From Gordius albopunctatus (Eukaryota): a stretch of DNA of 64,000 bases. Location of the stretch: positions 11,284,001-11,348,000 of the forward strand of contig OZ193909.1 in NCBI GenBank assembly GCA_964276515.1, read 5' to 3'. The notes under the pieces were generated by a model. That model saw only the letters and a program-made list of their open reading frames with translations. It was not told the origin of the DNA and did not search any database. The translations under genes and the position numbers were made by a program. Of this stretch, positions 47,725 through 61,975 are shown piece after piece; position 1 is the stretch's first letter, and each line of letters starts with the position of its first letter.

Positions 47725-50700
47725 ATGTTAAAAGTGCGCATAGTTGAGGTTGATTACTATCTAGCAAAGTCTAAAAATGAGGATATACCTGGTAGTGATA
47801 CTAAATTACCAGTTATCAGAATATTTGGTACTACTTGTTTGGGTATGGATTAAAATACAAAAATTGAGATGTTTTGAAGGAATAAAATGCTGTGTACATC
47901 TTCATGATTGCTTTCCATATGTCTCAGTTAGATGGAATGGTCCCCTAAATGAAGAAATGGTTAAGTTATTTTCCAAAAATATTAATGAGAGTTTATCAGC
48001 TCTTTCAAATCATAAAAGGTCCAAGACATTTGTATATAAAATAGAAATTGTGAAGTCTAGGTATATAATTATTTTAATATGTGAAAGTTCTTAGATCAAT
48101 GTATGGTTTTCATGAAGCTATGCAAACATTTATCAGAATATATTTGTACAACCCAAATGATATAAAAAAATTGAATGAGTTATTTATAAAAGGGCTTATT
48201 TTTAATAAAGTCTTTCAACCCTATCAATCACATATACCATATATTTTACAAGTAAATTTTATTTTTAATCCTTCACATATTAAGCTTAATTAAATCTCAA
48301 TTAATACTATTTGACTATATTTAGATGTTTATTGACCAAAATTTATTTGGAATGAATTTTATATATCTATCTGAGTTTAAAATAAGAAAAATGCCTGATG
48401 ATAATATATTAATTATGAAATCCAGACTAGAATCAATAGTTCCATCACTTAGCATCACATTGTAAATAATATCATATAAAATAATTTAATTTACTAGAAA
48501 TTTGTATAATAATTTACCTAAGCAAACATTTTGTGAGCTGGAGATTGATTCTACTCTGCAGCATTTAAAAAATAAAGATGTATATCAGATGTTAAATTAT
48601 TCTGCATACCCTGGAATTGATGACTTAATAAATGATGATATTAACCTTAGGAAATTTTACTCTTTTGAAGAGCCTCCAAGTTTTGGAATCCAAAGTAAAA
48701 TTCATTTTTAACATCAATATCAAATTTAGTTTTTGTAAAGTGCTTATTGCTATATGTATAAGTTTGTTAGGTCAATCTTCATTAAATTAATTGAAATATG
48801 ATTATGAGCTTTCTAGACTACAAATTTTAACAATAAGTTAGGCATTCTTTCCATTCAATGTTTAACATATATTTCAATTCAAAATTTGCAATTTTATTTC
48901 TAAAGCTAGAGAAAATATAACAATGCTGCCATCCGAGAAAAGGGGTAAAAAATTAATCGAAAATGCTCTGAATTCATTAAGAAATCAAAATGCACAAGTG
49001 GCACAGTTAGTACCTGAATCAGAGATAATAACTATTTGCCAAGGTAAATATATGTTCATCGTTTGTTACTGTATTATTAACTATGAGTGCATGTGATAAA
49101 ACTCTTTTACCCATATTTTTCAAACACAATCCCTTAATTTTTTGAAGCATTTTTTTACATTTATAATTTCCCATTCACTACGGATATGTTTAGCTCAATA
49201 GATTAAAGACAAAGCATTTGAGTTCAATTGACTCTAAATTAAATATATGGAAAGAATAATTGTAATCACCTCGCCTTTGACATATGAAAATTATTCAGAT
49301 TTTATGTCTGAATTACTAGTTAATTTTTTGTTGCAGATTTTGTCAGGGAAATAGATGACCTGGATGATAAGTCAGATTTTTCAACGCCCAACGATAGTAG
49401 TGGGGGCGATGAAGAATTGACGGCTTCCCTCGCCGATAAAATTACATCGCATCGAATAGATAGAAAGGGTAGCTTTAAAGTAGGAGAGTTTTATCAATTG
49501 GACGGTAAATATGATGGGGCAAGCTCAAAGGCACATAGTAAGTACCTCTTCTGTGTATCACTCTTTCACACCCACTATCTCCTCCTCCTCTCCCCCCCCC
49601 CCAAACCAAGCAAAGTTTTGGATCAAGAAAGTTTTGCATTTATGTATTGGCATTGATAGTTTGGGTTTGCAGGATTTGTGGCTATTAAATAACTTGGACG
49701 CTTTGGAGATTTTTTTATTTTTCCAATTTAGAAGAAAGTGGTTCTATACAACCCCAGAACCAAGAAATTAAATAGTTCCTGTTATAAATCGTAAATCAGC
49801 GAATTTTAATATTGATTATTGGTGTTTAAGGGCTTGTCTTAATATCGGATTTCGCTGCGTAACAAAAATCGTCGTACGTGTTATAACATAGCCGTGTCTT
49901 AATTTCGAATTGACAGAAGATTTGCATTTCAGACGCATAACATAACAGCGATTTTGGAAGATGCAAATTTTTTCCTGCGCTTAAATGTTGTATGTTTTAA
50001 AATTTTTAGGTATCAGCAAAGTTTAGATATAATCTCAAGCGTTGAAATAAACAATAAAACGTTTTTAACTATCAAAAAACAAAATATTAATAATTACAAC
50101 CGTGTTTGACTCATGAAATTGAATCGGATATTTAGACAAAAAAATTCGCGCGATATGAATCTGAATCCGATATTAAGACAAGCCCTAAAACGTAACGACA
50201 CCGTGAGTTTGTTGGCAATCATTTATTTGTTCAATATTTTTAAAAAATCCGGGAGTATTAGATCGAAAAAAGGCTAAATTTTTACGAAACTATTATTTAT
50301 ATTCGTTTAAATTCCTAGCTAGACGCACTTCGATGAATAGAGCAACGACCCGCAAAACGTATTACCCTCAAATTGTGGAAAAGAAGAGCAACAACGAAAA
50401 AGATCAAAACGTAGGGAGCGCCAAAATAAAAGTTAATATCGAAAATCCTGACGACTCTATTCAATCTTCCTGTCTATCGTGTGCTTCCCAAGAAACCATC
50501 ATTAAAATTGGCCCTACCAATGAAAGGGGAGCAGCAGCTCTTCAACATTCTAAGAAAGTTTTAAGGTCCCGTCTCATAACTTCCATTCACCCTATTGTTA
50601 AAACACGACGGAATCAAAGTAAAAGCGGCAAGGATGTATCAAGCCAAAATTCTCAAGAGAGTGTCGTCAAAATCTATTCACCCAAAGTAATTTCTCCCCA

Positions 50701-53700
50701 AAAGATCACCCTCTCAGCAACTACTCAATTCAAAGAAGAGTTTCCCCTCGATTCTCGCAACGTTTTATGCTTAAAACCTTCACTAAAACCTATTCAATTG
50801 CCCAACAACAAAGAAAAATTGATGTTCAAATATATGATTGCGGATGAAACGGCATTCACCAAACCGACGACGTATTATACTGATACTGAACCTCGTGATT
50901 TTACATTTATTTTTAGGTCTCCATATCCGGACATTGTTTTCCCCGAACTTGAAACGGTATATAATTTAAGTATAAAATATAAAATTAGTAATTATATTTG
51001 GTAATGATTGTGAAAGTTCTAATTTTTGCGATTATTTCAGGAGAACCCTCTTTTATTGAAAGATTTTTACCAGGATTCTGTTGATGGCATCGGAAAGGTT
51101 TTAAATTTGGGAGCGTTATCCCATTTGAAAAATAGCTTAGCCCAAAATGTGGGGTCTAAATTTCGTCGAACTAATCATTCGTTGCTCATAAAACCAGCTT
51201 TAAATCCTGTACCGATCACCTCTTCTCAACAAATAATTGAGGAACATCCTCACCAAGTATATTAAAAATAGTATATACTAAATAATGCTTTTGAAATAAG
51301 GATGGTAACGATCTCAAAAAAGTCCTCTTCAAAGAGGCATCATTTTGCAATTTGCAGGGATTACAACAGAGAAATTACATCACCGCAAGTTTGCTTCACA
51401 ACAAGGCCGACGATATCATAAATTTACAAAGAGTAACACCATTCCTCCCTATCCTTTTATTACTGGTAGTTTATTAATTACGCTTTTGTGACAATCTTAC
51501 GAAGGTTCAACACATCACCTCCATGAGTTGTGAGGTACACGCAAAAACGCGGGGGGATTTGTTACCCAATCCTCAATTCGACTCCGTACAAGCCATCTTT
51601 TTTACCATTTACAACGACGCCGGGAAATCTCAAAACCACGAAGAGAGTCAGTTTGGGGAACCTGGAGGGATTTGTAGCCGAGCAGGAAATGGTAAACTCG
51701 ATTTTGAGGCTCAGTTGATGAACGGTTTTTGCATGGTTTGTGATGGGGAGGATATAGCCCGGCAAGGCAAATATTACGCCAGTGTATTCAACGCTGACCC
51801 CTGCCTAACGCATTTGGTATCTTCGGAATCGGAACTTCTCGCTTCATTCTCCAAAGATGTCTTACTGAAATACGATCCAGACGTGTTAATCGGATTCGAG
51901 ATCGAAAAGTCAACTTGGGGTTATCTCAGCGCCCGGGCCCATTGTTTGGGGATTGTACCCAGGGGCGAACAATACCTATCTCGAATTGTGTGTAACGATA
52001 AATTCATCCCAAAACTGAACAAACCTGCCTCGAAAGAGTTTGGAGAAAGGCGCGAACCTGACTTAGCGCCCATAATGAGAAACCCATTTTCGGACCAGCA
52101 GTTTGTGGCTCAGACCTCGATCCCAGGCCGAGTTCTGCTTAACGGGTGGCGCATTGTGAGAAAGCACCTAGCCTGCAACAACTACACCTTTGAAAACGTG
52201 TACTACCGACTCCTCGAACGACGCACAGCCAAATACAGCCACAAGTATAGAATTAGTTGTTTGTCTTTGAACAAAGTTAGCCCGTCTTAAATTCTTTTTG
52301 TCTCATTCTATTTAATAGGATATCCGTGAAAACACCTTTTTTAATTGTTCCATTTATGCTTTTGATAAATGATCATTGGATACGTTTTTTTTGGTGATAT
52401 TGTTGAGGGACTGTTGAGTTTTTCACATGTGACGTACCGAATGCTTCAGATTTTAACGGAATTTTAAAACTACTGAGACCTGGCAAATATTTAAGATTGT
52501 TAACTTTTTAATTAATAATAAAGCGATGCATGATTTAAAACTTATCACAATTTTGCTCAAAGGACGCTTAACGCTTGGTTTGCCGAACCTACCCTAAGGT
52601 GGCGAGTCGCGAAATACTATTTCATACGAACGATGGGCGTCCATTCGATGCTGGAAAAGATGGATACGATAGATCAAACCAGCGAATTCGCGCGGTTGTA
52701 CGGCGTGGAATTTCACAACGTCTTGCACCGGGGCTCGCAATATAAAGTGGAGAGTATGATGCTACGACTGGCCCAAGCCATGGGCTTTATTCCGATGTCG
52801 CCCCTACCCATCCAAAGGAATCGGTAAACGTTTAAGGATATCCTCCCAACTCGACCCCTTTCTTGTTTTCTGCCAGTTTATGCGACCCACACTTATAAGT
52901 TTGAATGTTGATTTCGACATTCTCCAAATATCACTTTGCATCGCTAACTCATTACTACAAATATAGTTGTAATCGTTGTAAACATTATTTAACGTGAAAT
53001 TTTAAACCTTATTCGTACGTCTGACCTAACCTTAAATGTAAAGTCGAGTTGTATCTTTCGCACCACCAGTGATGACAATCATTGGCTCTGCCGCACTAAA
53101 CATTTTCAATATCACCCTGCCAGACTCACAATTCTTAAACTAGAGATTAAGTTTGAGATCAAAATGGGATTTAATGCATTTTTACTGTAATTAACGTATG
53201 CCGGATAATCGGGAAAAATAGGGGCTTTTTTAAACTCCGGGTGCCTATATCTTATTAGCTCCTTACAAAAATGATCCGATATGTGGTCAGGTTCTCGTCT
53301 TACCCCCGATATTTAAAAAAATAGGCGATTTTTTAAACTATGTCTAGGTATAATATCAGTTCCTTACGAGAATGATCCTATATGTGGCAGGTTCTTTTTA
53401 AGGTTGGTCATACCTTGAAACTTAATAATAGATATTTGGATAAGCATAAAGCTGCCTTCATTCTGCTTTCCTATGTTTCTAATATTGTTTTCATTTATTT
53501 TACTCGACTTAACTTTGTACTCCCATTAAAAATATATTTCGACCTGACTTGGGGTGTAAAAGTTTCGTTTTTTATAACCATCGAGACTAATAATACAATA
53601 TGAATACAATAGACCGGCGAACAGCTGGTGTATAAAAAGTTTCAATTAACGTGGGAAAGATTGCAAAAGTAATTAATGAAAGAATAATGAGAACGTGAAA

Positions 53701-56700
53701 TGATTTCCTTTACATACATACGTTTAACATATTTAATTAATATTGACAAATTTTATAACGTATATCGTTTTCGAATATATAAACCTTAAACATGGCCGCC
53801 TTATATTATGGGTGTCCCTAATGTGGCTATGTAATGGGCGTTGTTGATATGATACAATCGAGCAACATTGTTGTGTAGGATGTCGATGTCTCAGACCATG
53901 CCACTCGTGATAGAACCCGAAGCCGGTCTGTACACGGACCCCGTGATCGTGCTCGATTTCCAATCCCTGTACCCATCCATCATCATCGCATACAATTACT
54001 GTTACTCCACCTGCCTAGGCTACCTCAACAACTGGGCTCCCGACGGTCAAGCCTTTAAGTTTGGGTGCTCCGAATTGTGTGTCGACTTGGACTTTATAGA
54101 AGTGATTGCCATTCTATACAATGAATGTTTTGATAAACCGAGACAGAGTGATGATTATTATCCACGATTTAGCGATTATAACCGTTTTAATATAAACGTG
54201 TAGGTTGTTTTTATATATTTTTCAAGCTTGCTTTATCCCTCTATTTTCGAATGCTGCAAAGTCAATTTTTAGCTAGAACCCGACCCCAATTTATATTTAA
54301 CGCACGCAGGGGTGACCCGCGCAAAACTCTTATATCTGTCACGCTCCCCTACCCGAAACGTAGTTTTAAATGATTTTAACTAAACAAGCTAGCCAGATTT
54401 ATAAAATAATTTCAATACAAAAACCCTTAAAAATTAAAGAAGATTTATGTTTTGCCCACCCCCTAATTGAACCTAAAACATTTTCGCCCCCTCCCTAATC
54501 CAAAATCTGGCTACGCCCGTGAGAATAGCCATTTACATAAGTATAACTTATTGAGTATAATATTTGATTATAATTATCTTTTAAAAAATGGACCTAAATG
54601 TGGCCAATTACTAGCCAAGCTGCTTTATAAACTCCAAAATTTTAAATATTATGGATTAGCCGTATATTAACTAAAGATTCTGCTCTTTTTAAAAATTCCC
54701 CCCTTGAAATAATCGATTATATAGAGTTTATTCATCATTTCCCAAACGAAATATTTTGCAGAAAATGAAGTCGTCAATTCACGTATCTCCCGTTGGGGTT
54801 GGATTCGTTTCTAAAGACACCCGTCTAGGGGTGCTGCCCTCGATGCTTTACAAAATTTTGAACGCCCGCATTCGGGTCAAGAATTCGATGAAGGCCTTGA
54901 AGAGGATCGGAGCTTTGGAACCATACTTGGAGAAGTTGTTAGATGCGAGGCAATTGGCTCTCAAAATGATAGCTAACGTTACTTACGGCTACACTTCGGC
55001 CTACTTTAGCGGCAGGATGCCCTGTGTTGAGATCGCTGATAGTATCGTGAGCAAGGTTATTTTCTTTTCTCCTTATTTTGGATTGTGCCCATTAAATTTT
55101 GCGCCATTGACGCATTATATAGCAGCCACGTGAGATCAAATTAAATTTTGCGACCCAGACGCCGTACAAATTTAAATTCTTGAATGGTATTAAATCGAGA
55201 AAACTGTCTCCCTAGATAAGCCCAAAAAGAAAAGGCGAACAAATGGAGGGGCGAACTTTTCTTTCCGTTTTATTTATTTTTTAGCCCACCCAATTGAATT
55301 ATGTGAGGACTATATATATCACTAATATCGTGTGAGTTCTTGACTGCCCTCGACACATCAAAATTGTATTGACGTCGGTTTTAGTTTGAATTCATGTAAA
55401 CTGCAAAGTATTTTGTTCCGGGGAAACTAACATGGTTGCTATCCCGTTATTTAGCTCTCTTTGTTTTTATTTACAAACCCAACCTATATTTTTTATATTA
55501 AATTACGCCAACATTACGATAGAAAAATGTGAATAGTTTTTTGTGCTTTAAAATTATCCATAGAAATGCAAAAAAGAAATTAGCGACTTGATAATTTCCT
55601 TCATTGTGCCTTTCCGAATTGGATCGAATAGTTTTTAAGGCTAAAATTTTGAAGGCCAATACAAGTTTAACAACCATACTTATAGGAGTTTATTTGTTTG
55701 GAATAAAATTTTGTGATTCCTTAATGATCATAGTTATTATTCTATAAATTACAAAAGAAAAACTAAAATAAATAAATTTTTGTTTCAGGGAAGAGAAATT
55801 CTGCAAAAGGCTATTGATTACATCACCTCTCGCAAAGGAATCAACGCGAGAGTCGTGTACGGGGATACCGATAGCATTTTTGTACTTTTGAAAGGACACT
55901 CCAGGATAGAAGCATTCGATATCGGGGAGATGTTAGCCAAAGAAGTTAGCGAAATATACGTGCAACCGGTGGAGTTAAAGTTTGAAAAGGTAGACACAAA
56001 TAGCACGTTCAATTACTGTAATGACAAAAATTAAGGTTTACCAACCTTGCGTGTTACAATCCAAAAAAAGGTACGTGGGATTTAGTTACGAATCAAAAAG
56101 TGAGCTAGAACCAAAATACGATGCGAAGGGGATAGAAACTGTTAGGAGAGATTTTTGTGCAGCTGTTCCCAAAGTATTATATTGCTTTTTAATCCGTTTC
56201 AATCAAACTGATGGTTTTAGGTATTGGAATGCGTGATAACGGAATTATTCAAGACCGGCAATATATCTAACGTCCGACTATACCTAGAAGATCAATGGGA
56301 AAAAATTATACAAGCCAAGGTGTGTTTGCAAGATTTCATAATCGCCAAAGAATATCGTGGCCGAAGCGGTTATAAACCCAAAGCATGTGTTCCTGCTTTA
56401 GAAATCGCTAAAAGATCTGTCAAAATCGACCCTATGTCAGAACCTTTAATCAAAGAACGAGTAACATATAACCGACATGATTATTGTTTTTATTAATAAT
56501 ACTTTATTTCCAAATCATAATAAACGTGTTAAAATATATTAAATTATTGAGCCATGGATCGAGATTGTATTGGATTTTACGATTTCCATAGTGATTTTTT
56601 GCTTAATATAGAGAAATTCTTAAAGATCGTGTGTGATTGTAATAAATTTTGATGCTTGTTTAATAAAATTGGCTACCAGAGTTATTTGCGATTTTCGTAT

Positions 56701-57645
56701 AAGATTTGGGTTTTAAATTTTAATTTGATATTATAACACCTAAATAGGAACAATAGTTTCAATTATAATTACATATGTTAGGTATCCTACGTCATAATTA
56801 CACCCGAACAGCAAGGAAATCTGCGTCAATTTCAACATAACATGCCTCTGATAAATCTCGTACGAACACCATACGAATTTTTGCAAATGGGCAATGCACG
56901 TTTGAATAGCGAATATTACATCACAAAGCAGCTCGTACCACCCATCAATCGGGTCATGAAGTTGATCGGATTTGACGTTCTCAAATGGTTTATGAGAATT
57001 TAATATATTTTCCATAGTTTGATTTATAAAAATTAGGTGGTTTCTATATTTTTCTTATTAAGGGCTATGTTATGCATAATTTGCTCAATGTACTTTGTCG
57101 TTAGGTACCAGGATATGACTCGTAATCTGCCCATTAGCCGTTTGGAATCGCTAGAAATTATGGAAAATGTTGATTGTTTCAAAAAAGTTTGTAGATTGCT
57201 ATCATAATCTATACTAATTTTATATGTAGGACGAATCCACGCTTAAAACTTATTTCAACACCAAATACTGTTTCATATGTCGGACTCAATCGCGAGATTC
57301 TCTCTGTCCGAATTGTTTGGCTGTAAAAGACAGATCCGCCTTTCACTTAGGTTCCTTGATGCAAAAGTGGTCCCAAAAATACCGAGCGATTACCGATGTA
57401 ACTAAGCGCATGTCATTGTATTTTGATTTCATTAAAAATATAATAATTAATTTATAGGTTATTAATACTTTTTAATTCGTTGAAAGGTATGCAAAAATTG
57501 TACTGGTTTTTCCGACCCACACGTCAAATGCCTATCCATGGACTGCCCCGCTTTTTACCACTTGGTAGATGGCTCTCGTAAAATGTCAAGAGTGTCGGTA
57601 TTGGATAACATGCAAAACCCCGTTGATCAACACCATTGTATTTAG
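47725..57645 (+). CDS. REV3L: DNA polymerase zeta catalytic subunit (B family), multi-exon
   Basis: N-terminus [138 protein letters not shown], CysA (CFIC..CPNC) and CysB (CKNC..CLSMDCP); stop TAG at 57643-57645. Confidence 0.96.
49830..50185. mobile_element. PIF/Harbinger (Tourist-like) MITE in a REV3 intron
   Basis: Perfect TIR gggcttgtcttaatatcggatt...aatccgatattaagacaagccc with TAA TSD. Confidence 0.9.
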
Positions 57646-57904
57646 TATTTTCTCCATTTTGAAAATTTGTCAATCACAATGCAAACGACACAATTCGTCA
57701 ATAACTGTAATATTTATATCATCTCTCTCTCTCTTATTTTTTATGAACACATTTAGTCCTTTTGTAATTTTTATTGTAATTCTACAAAATTATACCTATA
57801 ATATAATCTTTTAATTGAAATTGAGATGCTCAATAAAATTTGAAAAATTATATATCTTCTTAATTGTGCTTTTCATCTTCAAAAATAAAACTATAAAATT
57901 AGAA

Positions 57905-58047
57905 CATGGGTATAGGCAAAGAGGGCTCACCTCTTAATTTTAATAATTAAAAAAGTGCTATTATTCAAAATAATCTTATTTTCCTTGTCTAAATCATTAT
58001 CAAATCTCTTGCCACTCCTTCCAATTCAATTCCTGGCGACGCCCATG
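57905..58047. mobile_element. Degenerate short MITE (CATGGG family)
   Basis: catgggtatag...gacgcccatg with TSD aattagaa/aattagat. Confidence 0.5.
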
Positions 58048-58847
58048 AATTAGATAATTTTTTGAAAACCAGGCATATGCAGTCAAATTTATACACATAA
58101 TAATCACATGAATCGATAATGTTAAAATATATTATCTCAAACCTTATCATAATTAATTAACATTTTATCATAGTGAATTTTATGTACTTTAATTTATTAA
58201 AATATCGTGCAATAAGCGACCTATATTAATTACTAGGTCAGCTTTATACTTCCGTTTTACTGGTATTTGTGATTCATAAAACCATGCAAATAATAATTTT
58301 TTAACATTAATGATATAAATGTACCCTAAAAAACAGCAATTTTTTGTTCAAAATTGGAAAAAAACTTATGTGAGGGCATCCGTGGGTACACAGAACCCCA
58401 CAAGCCAAAAAAGTATTGGTCCAAAACCTATCAAATTTTCACCTAACCTAGTTCTTGATATAATATTAAGCTACTGAAAAGGCTAAATCCATTAGTCTAA
58501 AAGTATTTTAATTTATAATTTGCGTCGGGTATGAGGTACCTCACGAATGCCCTCGCCGGTTAAGTTTGGGCAATATATTTTTTTGTTCTTAAGTTTTTTT
58601 CTGCCAAATTTTCTACATTTATATATCCAACTAGAGGACTGCACGGGTGACCCGACCAATTTGAAAATGCTTTCGTGTCGGGTCCGGGTAGAAAATTTGA
58701 AAATGCTTTCGGGTCGGGTTCGGGTTGAAAATTTTTAAATGCTTTCGGGTCGGGTCAAATTTTTAGAGTCGGGTCCAAGTTTATACATTGTAAAAAACAC
58801 GCGAGACCTATTTTTTTCTAACAAAAAATATAATATAAATTGTATAT

Positions 58848-61800
58848 CTTCTTCTTTTTTCTATGACTGCTTGTCACCTAGGCTGGTGGTCAGTCCTTTC
58901 AGCATTCGTTTCCATTTGTTTCTATGTTTACATAGCTCTTTCTTTATCTTGTGTACTTTCATATCATGCCGTATTTTATGAATCCAGGTAAGCTTGGGTC
59001 TTCCTCTCTTTCGTTTTTCTGCAAAATTTATCATCTCGATTTTCTTTCCTACGTAGCTATCGTCCCTTCTTTCGACATGGCCATACCATCTTAGTCTATT
59101 TGTTAAGAGCTTTGTCGCAATTGATGTAGTACCCAAAATTCTTCTTATTTCTTCATTTCGCCTATGGTCCTTTTTGCTTACTCCTAGCACCCATCTTAGC
59201 ATTCTCATCTCCATGGTCGCAAGACGTTGCTCGTCTCTTTTACGTATAGCCCATGATTCCGAGCTATACAGGACTGTACAGTGCGCCTTTCAGTCTTCTC
59301 GGGATGTTTTTGTCGCACAGAACACCTGTCAAGTCCCTCCACTTGAGCCATCCGGAATTTATCCTTGCTTGGATTTCTTTATCCATTCCACCATCCGATT
59401 GAAGTGTTGATCCTAAATATTTGAAGGAATCCACACTTGTAAGTTGCCAATCGCCTAAAGTAAGGGTTGCACTTTGCTGGTTTTCATCCGATTTAAACTT
59501 TGTCTTCATGTATTCTGTTTTCTTTCGATTTACCCTGAGACCACTTTCTTCTATTGCATTTACCCATCTATTTACAGTATTAGCCAATTCTTGTTCACTT
59601 TTGGCACAGAGAATTATATCGTCTGCAAAGATCATTGCCCAAGGAGCTTCCTCGCCCAAATCCTTGGTAATATTATCCATTATCATTATGAATAGAAAGG
59701 GACTAAGAGCTGAACCTTGATGGACTCCAGTCTGTTTAGGGCGTCTGCTGTAGACCTCTCCGGCATAAATCCGAATTGGTTATCTCGAATTTGAACCATA
59801 CTCCGAAGCCGTTTTTCGATCACTTTTTCCCACACCTTGAAAGTGTGACTCATAAGCTTTATCCCTCTGTAATTGTTGCAATCCTGAATGTCCCCTTTCA
59901 TCTTGTATATCGGGATCATGTAGCTATCCCTCGACTCGTCAGGCATTTTACCCGTTTTCAAGATATTGTTGAAAAGGTTGGCGAGGAATTGTGCACCAGT
60001 ATTGCCTAACGCTTTGAAGCCCTCTATTGGTATATTGTCGGGTCCAAGGGCTTTTCCTGACTTTAGTTTACCCATAGCAACTTTCACTTCCGTTTCCGTG
60101 ATCCAGTCCGCTGTGTTTAATTCTCCTATTGTATTTTCCTCGTTAGTGTCTTCGACTACGGGCCCCTTTTCAATTGATAAATCGCTATAATGGTCGTACC
60201 ATATTTGTAGTATATGGCTGTCGTGTGTTAGTATTTCCCCCTTTTGACCCTTGATTAGCCGCCATTCTAGGTAATCTTTAGAATTTTTGGCCCTTGACTT
60301 TGCGATTTTGTAGATCAATCTTTCTCCTTCCTTTGAGTTGAGTTTTACATTTATATCGTCGTACACCTTGTTTTTAGCTTTCGCTACGAATTTTTTAGCC
60401 GATCTTTTAGCTACTTGGTAAGCTTGCTTATCATTACTATCCTTGCTTTTATACCAAACTTTGTACAATCTCTTCTTTTCCTTGATACATTTTTGCACTT
60501 CTTCATTCCACCACCACGTCTCCTTGAGAATTCTTTTAGTGGGCTTGCTTTCACCTAGTATTTGTCGTCCCGCTTTTCGCATTGTGGCAGCTATACCATT
60601 CCATTGATCCTCACATGAAGTATTTCCCTTAAATTCAGCATGTTTAATTACTTGTTCCTGAAAATGTTGAATATTATCTTTTAGTTTCCTCCATTGTATA
60701 GTAGCGGCTACTCTTTGTACCTTCTGCCCTTTAAGGCCCTTTAATATAAAGTCCATCACCAACAGCTTGTGTTGGCAGGCCAATATTTCACTCGGTATTA
60801 CCTTAACATTTTGAACATACTTTAAGTGCGCTCTGTTGACTAGAAAGAAATCTATCTGAGTGGTACGGCTGCCGCTTTTGTACGTTATAAGATGTTCCTG
60901 TCTCTTTTTGAAGAAGGTATTTCCTATAGCTAGGTCAAAAGCTTGAGCAATTTCTAGAATTTCCGTACCTCCTTCATTTCTTAGACCGTAACCCCGACCA
61001 CCGTGATTTCTTTCAAATCCTCCCCTTGATTTTCCCACGTGACCATTGATGTCCGCTCCGATAATTATTATTCCTTCTTTACCGAATTGGGATAGAACAT
61101 CTTCAAGCTCCTTCCAAAAAGACTCTTTTTCCGTCTCAGAGCATCCACTTTGAGGGGCGTATGCTGATATAACGTTTATCGTAGTAGATTTATAACAAAG
61201 CTGTATCGCCATGATTCTGTCATTGATTATTTTAACGTCGACGACAGTTTGCTGAAATTCTTCCGATAGAACTATACCGATGCCATTCCGGTGAGTTTCT
61301 GTACCGTAAAAATATAATTTGTATCCGTCACCTATGTATTTTGCTTTTTCGCCCTTCCATTTGGTCTCTTGTATACAAGCGATATCGATTTTTCTCCTCC
61401 TTAGAACGTCTGCCAATTCTCTGCTCTTGCTAGTCATTGTACCAATATTCCATGACCCGAACTTTATCCTACGCAAACTAATGTCTTTAACCGCTTCCGT
61501 TTGTTGAGAGAGCGGTAGCCTTCGTTTATTTCCCACACATTCCAGGCGAAGAATGCGCGCGTCGCTTAAGGGGGACGCCCTATGGTTTTCATTCTGGGTC
61601 TTTGTTGTAGTATACATTTTGGTTTATATGGAATGAGGGAGTATTGATATCCCGGCCTTCCAAGCCTGACGGAACTATGTTAGATTTTGGTGCTTGACTT
61701 CCTACTATTCTTTATGATGCAGTCATTTTGGTGAATTAAACTTTTCTTTAGACCACTCGTATTGATAGGCTTAATCTAGCACTTCCATTTCACTAAGTAC

Positions 61801-61975
61801 TCCCTCAAAAAGCCCAGAAATTTTAGTCTGACCCTTCACTAAGAACTTTGCCAATAGGGTAACCCCACCAGTAACAAACATAAAAATTGTGTTTGGCTAC
61901 CAAAGGTATAGCTTCTTGGATCACGAGAGTACACAAGCTCAACCACCACTACAAGGTATTTCTGGCTCGGTTGAG
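58848..61975 (-). mobile_element. Young RTE LINE with intact 5' UTR and endonuclease; central RT deleted
   Basis: 13-bp TSD ataaattgtatat (58835-58847 and 61976-61988); (gaa)n/A tail; 643-aa ORF from 61617 (SWNIGT, IQET, AYAPQ, GADIN, TQIDF, WWWN, QFGF) jumps from STADA to GVHQGS; FADD and RLRWYGH downstream. Confidence 0.95.

Noticed and set aside
47725..57645. Viral or Polinton B-family polymerase
   Set aside because: Intron-rich, with REV3-specific N-terminus and CysA/CysB motifs; a host gene.
58364..58563. piggyBac-like MITE
   Set aside because: One TTAA-bounded end and an internal inverted repeat only; second terminus not found.
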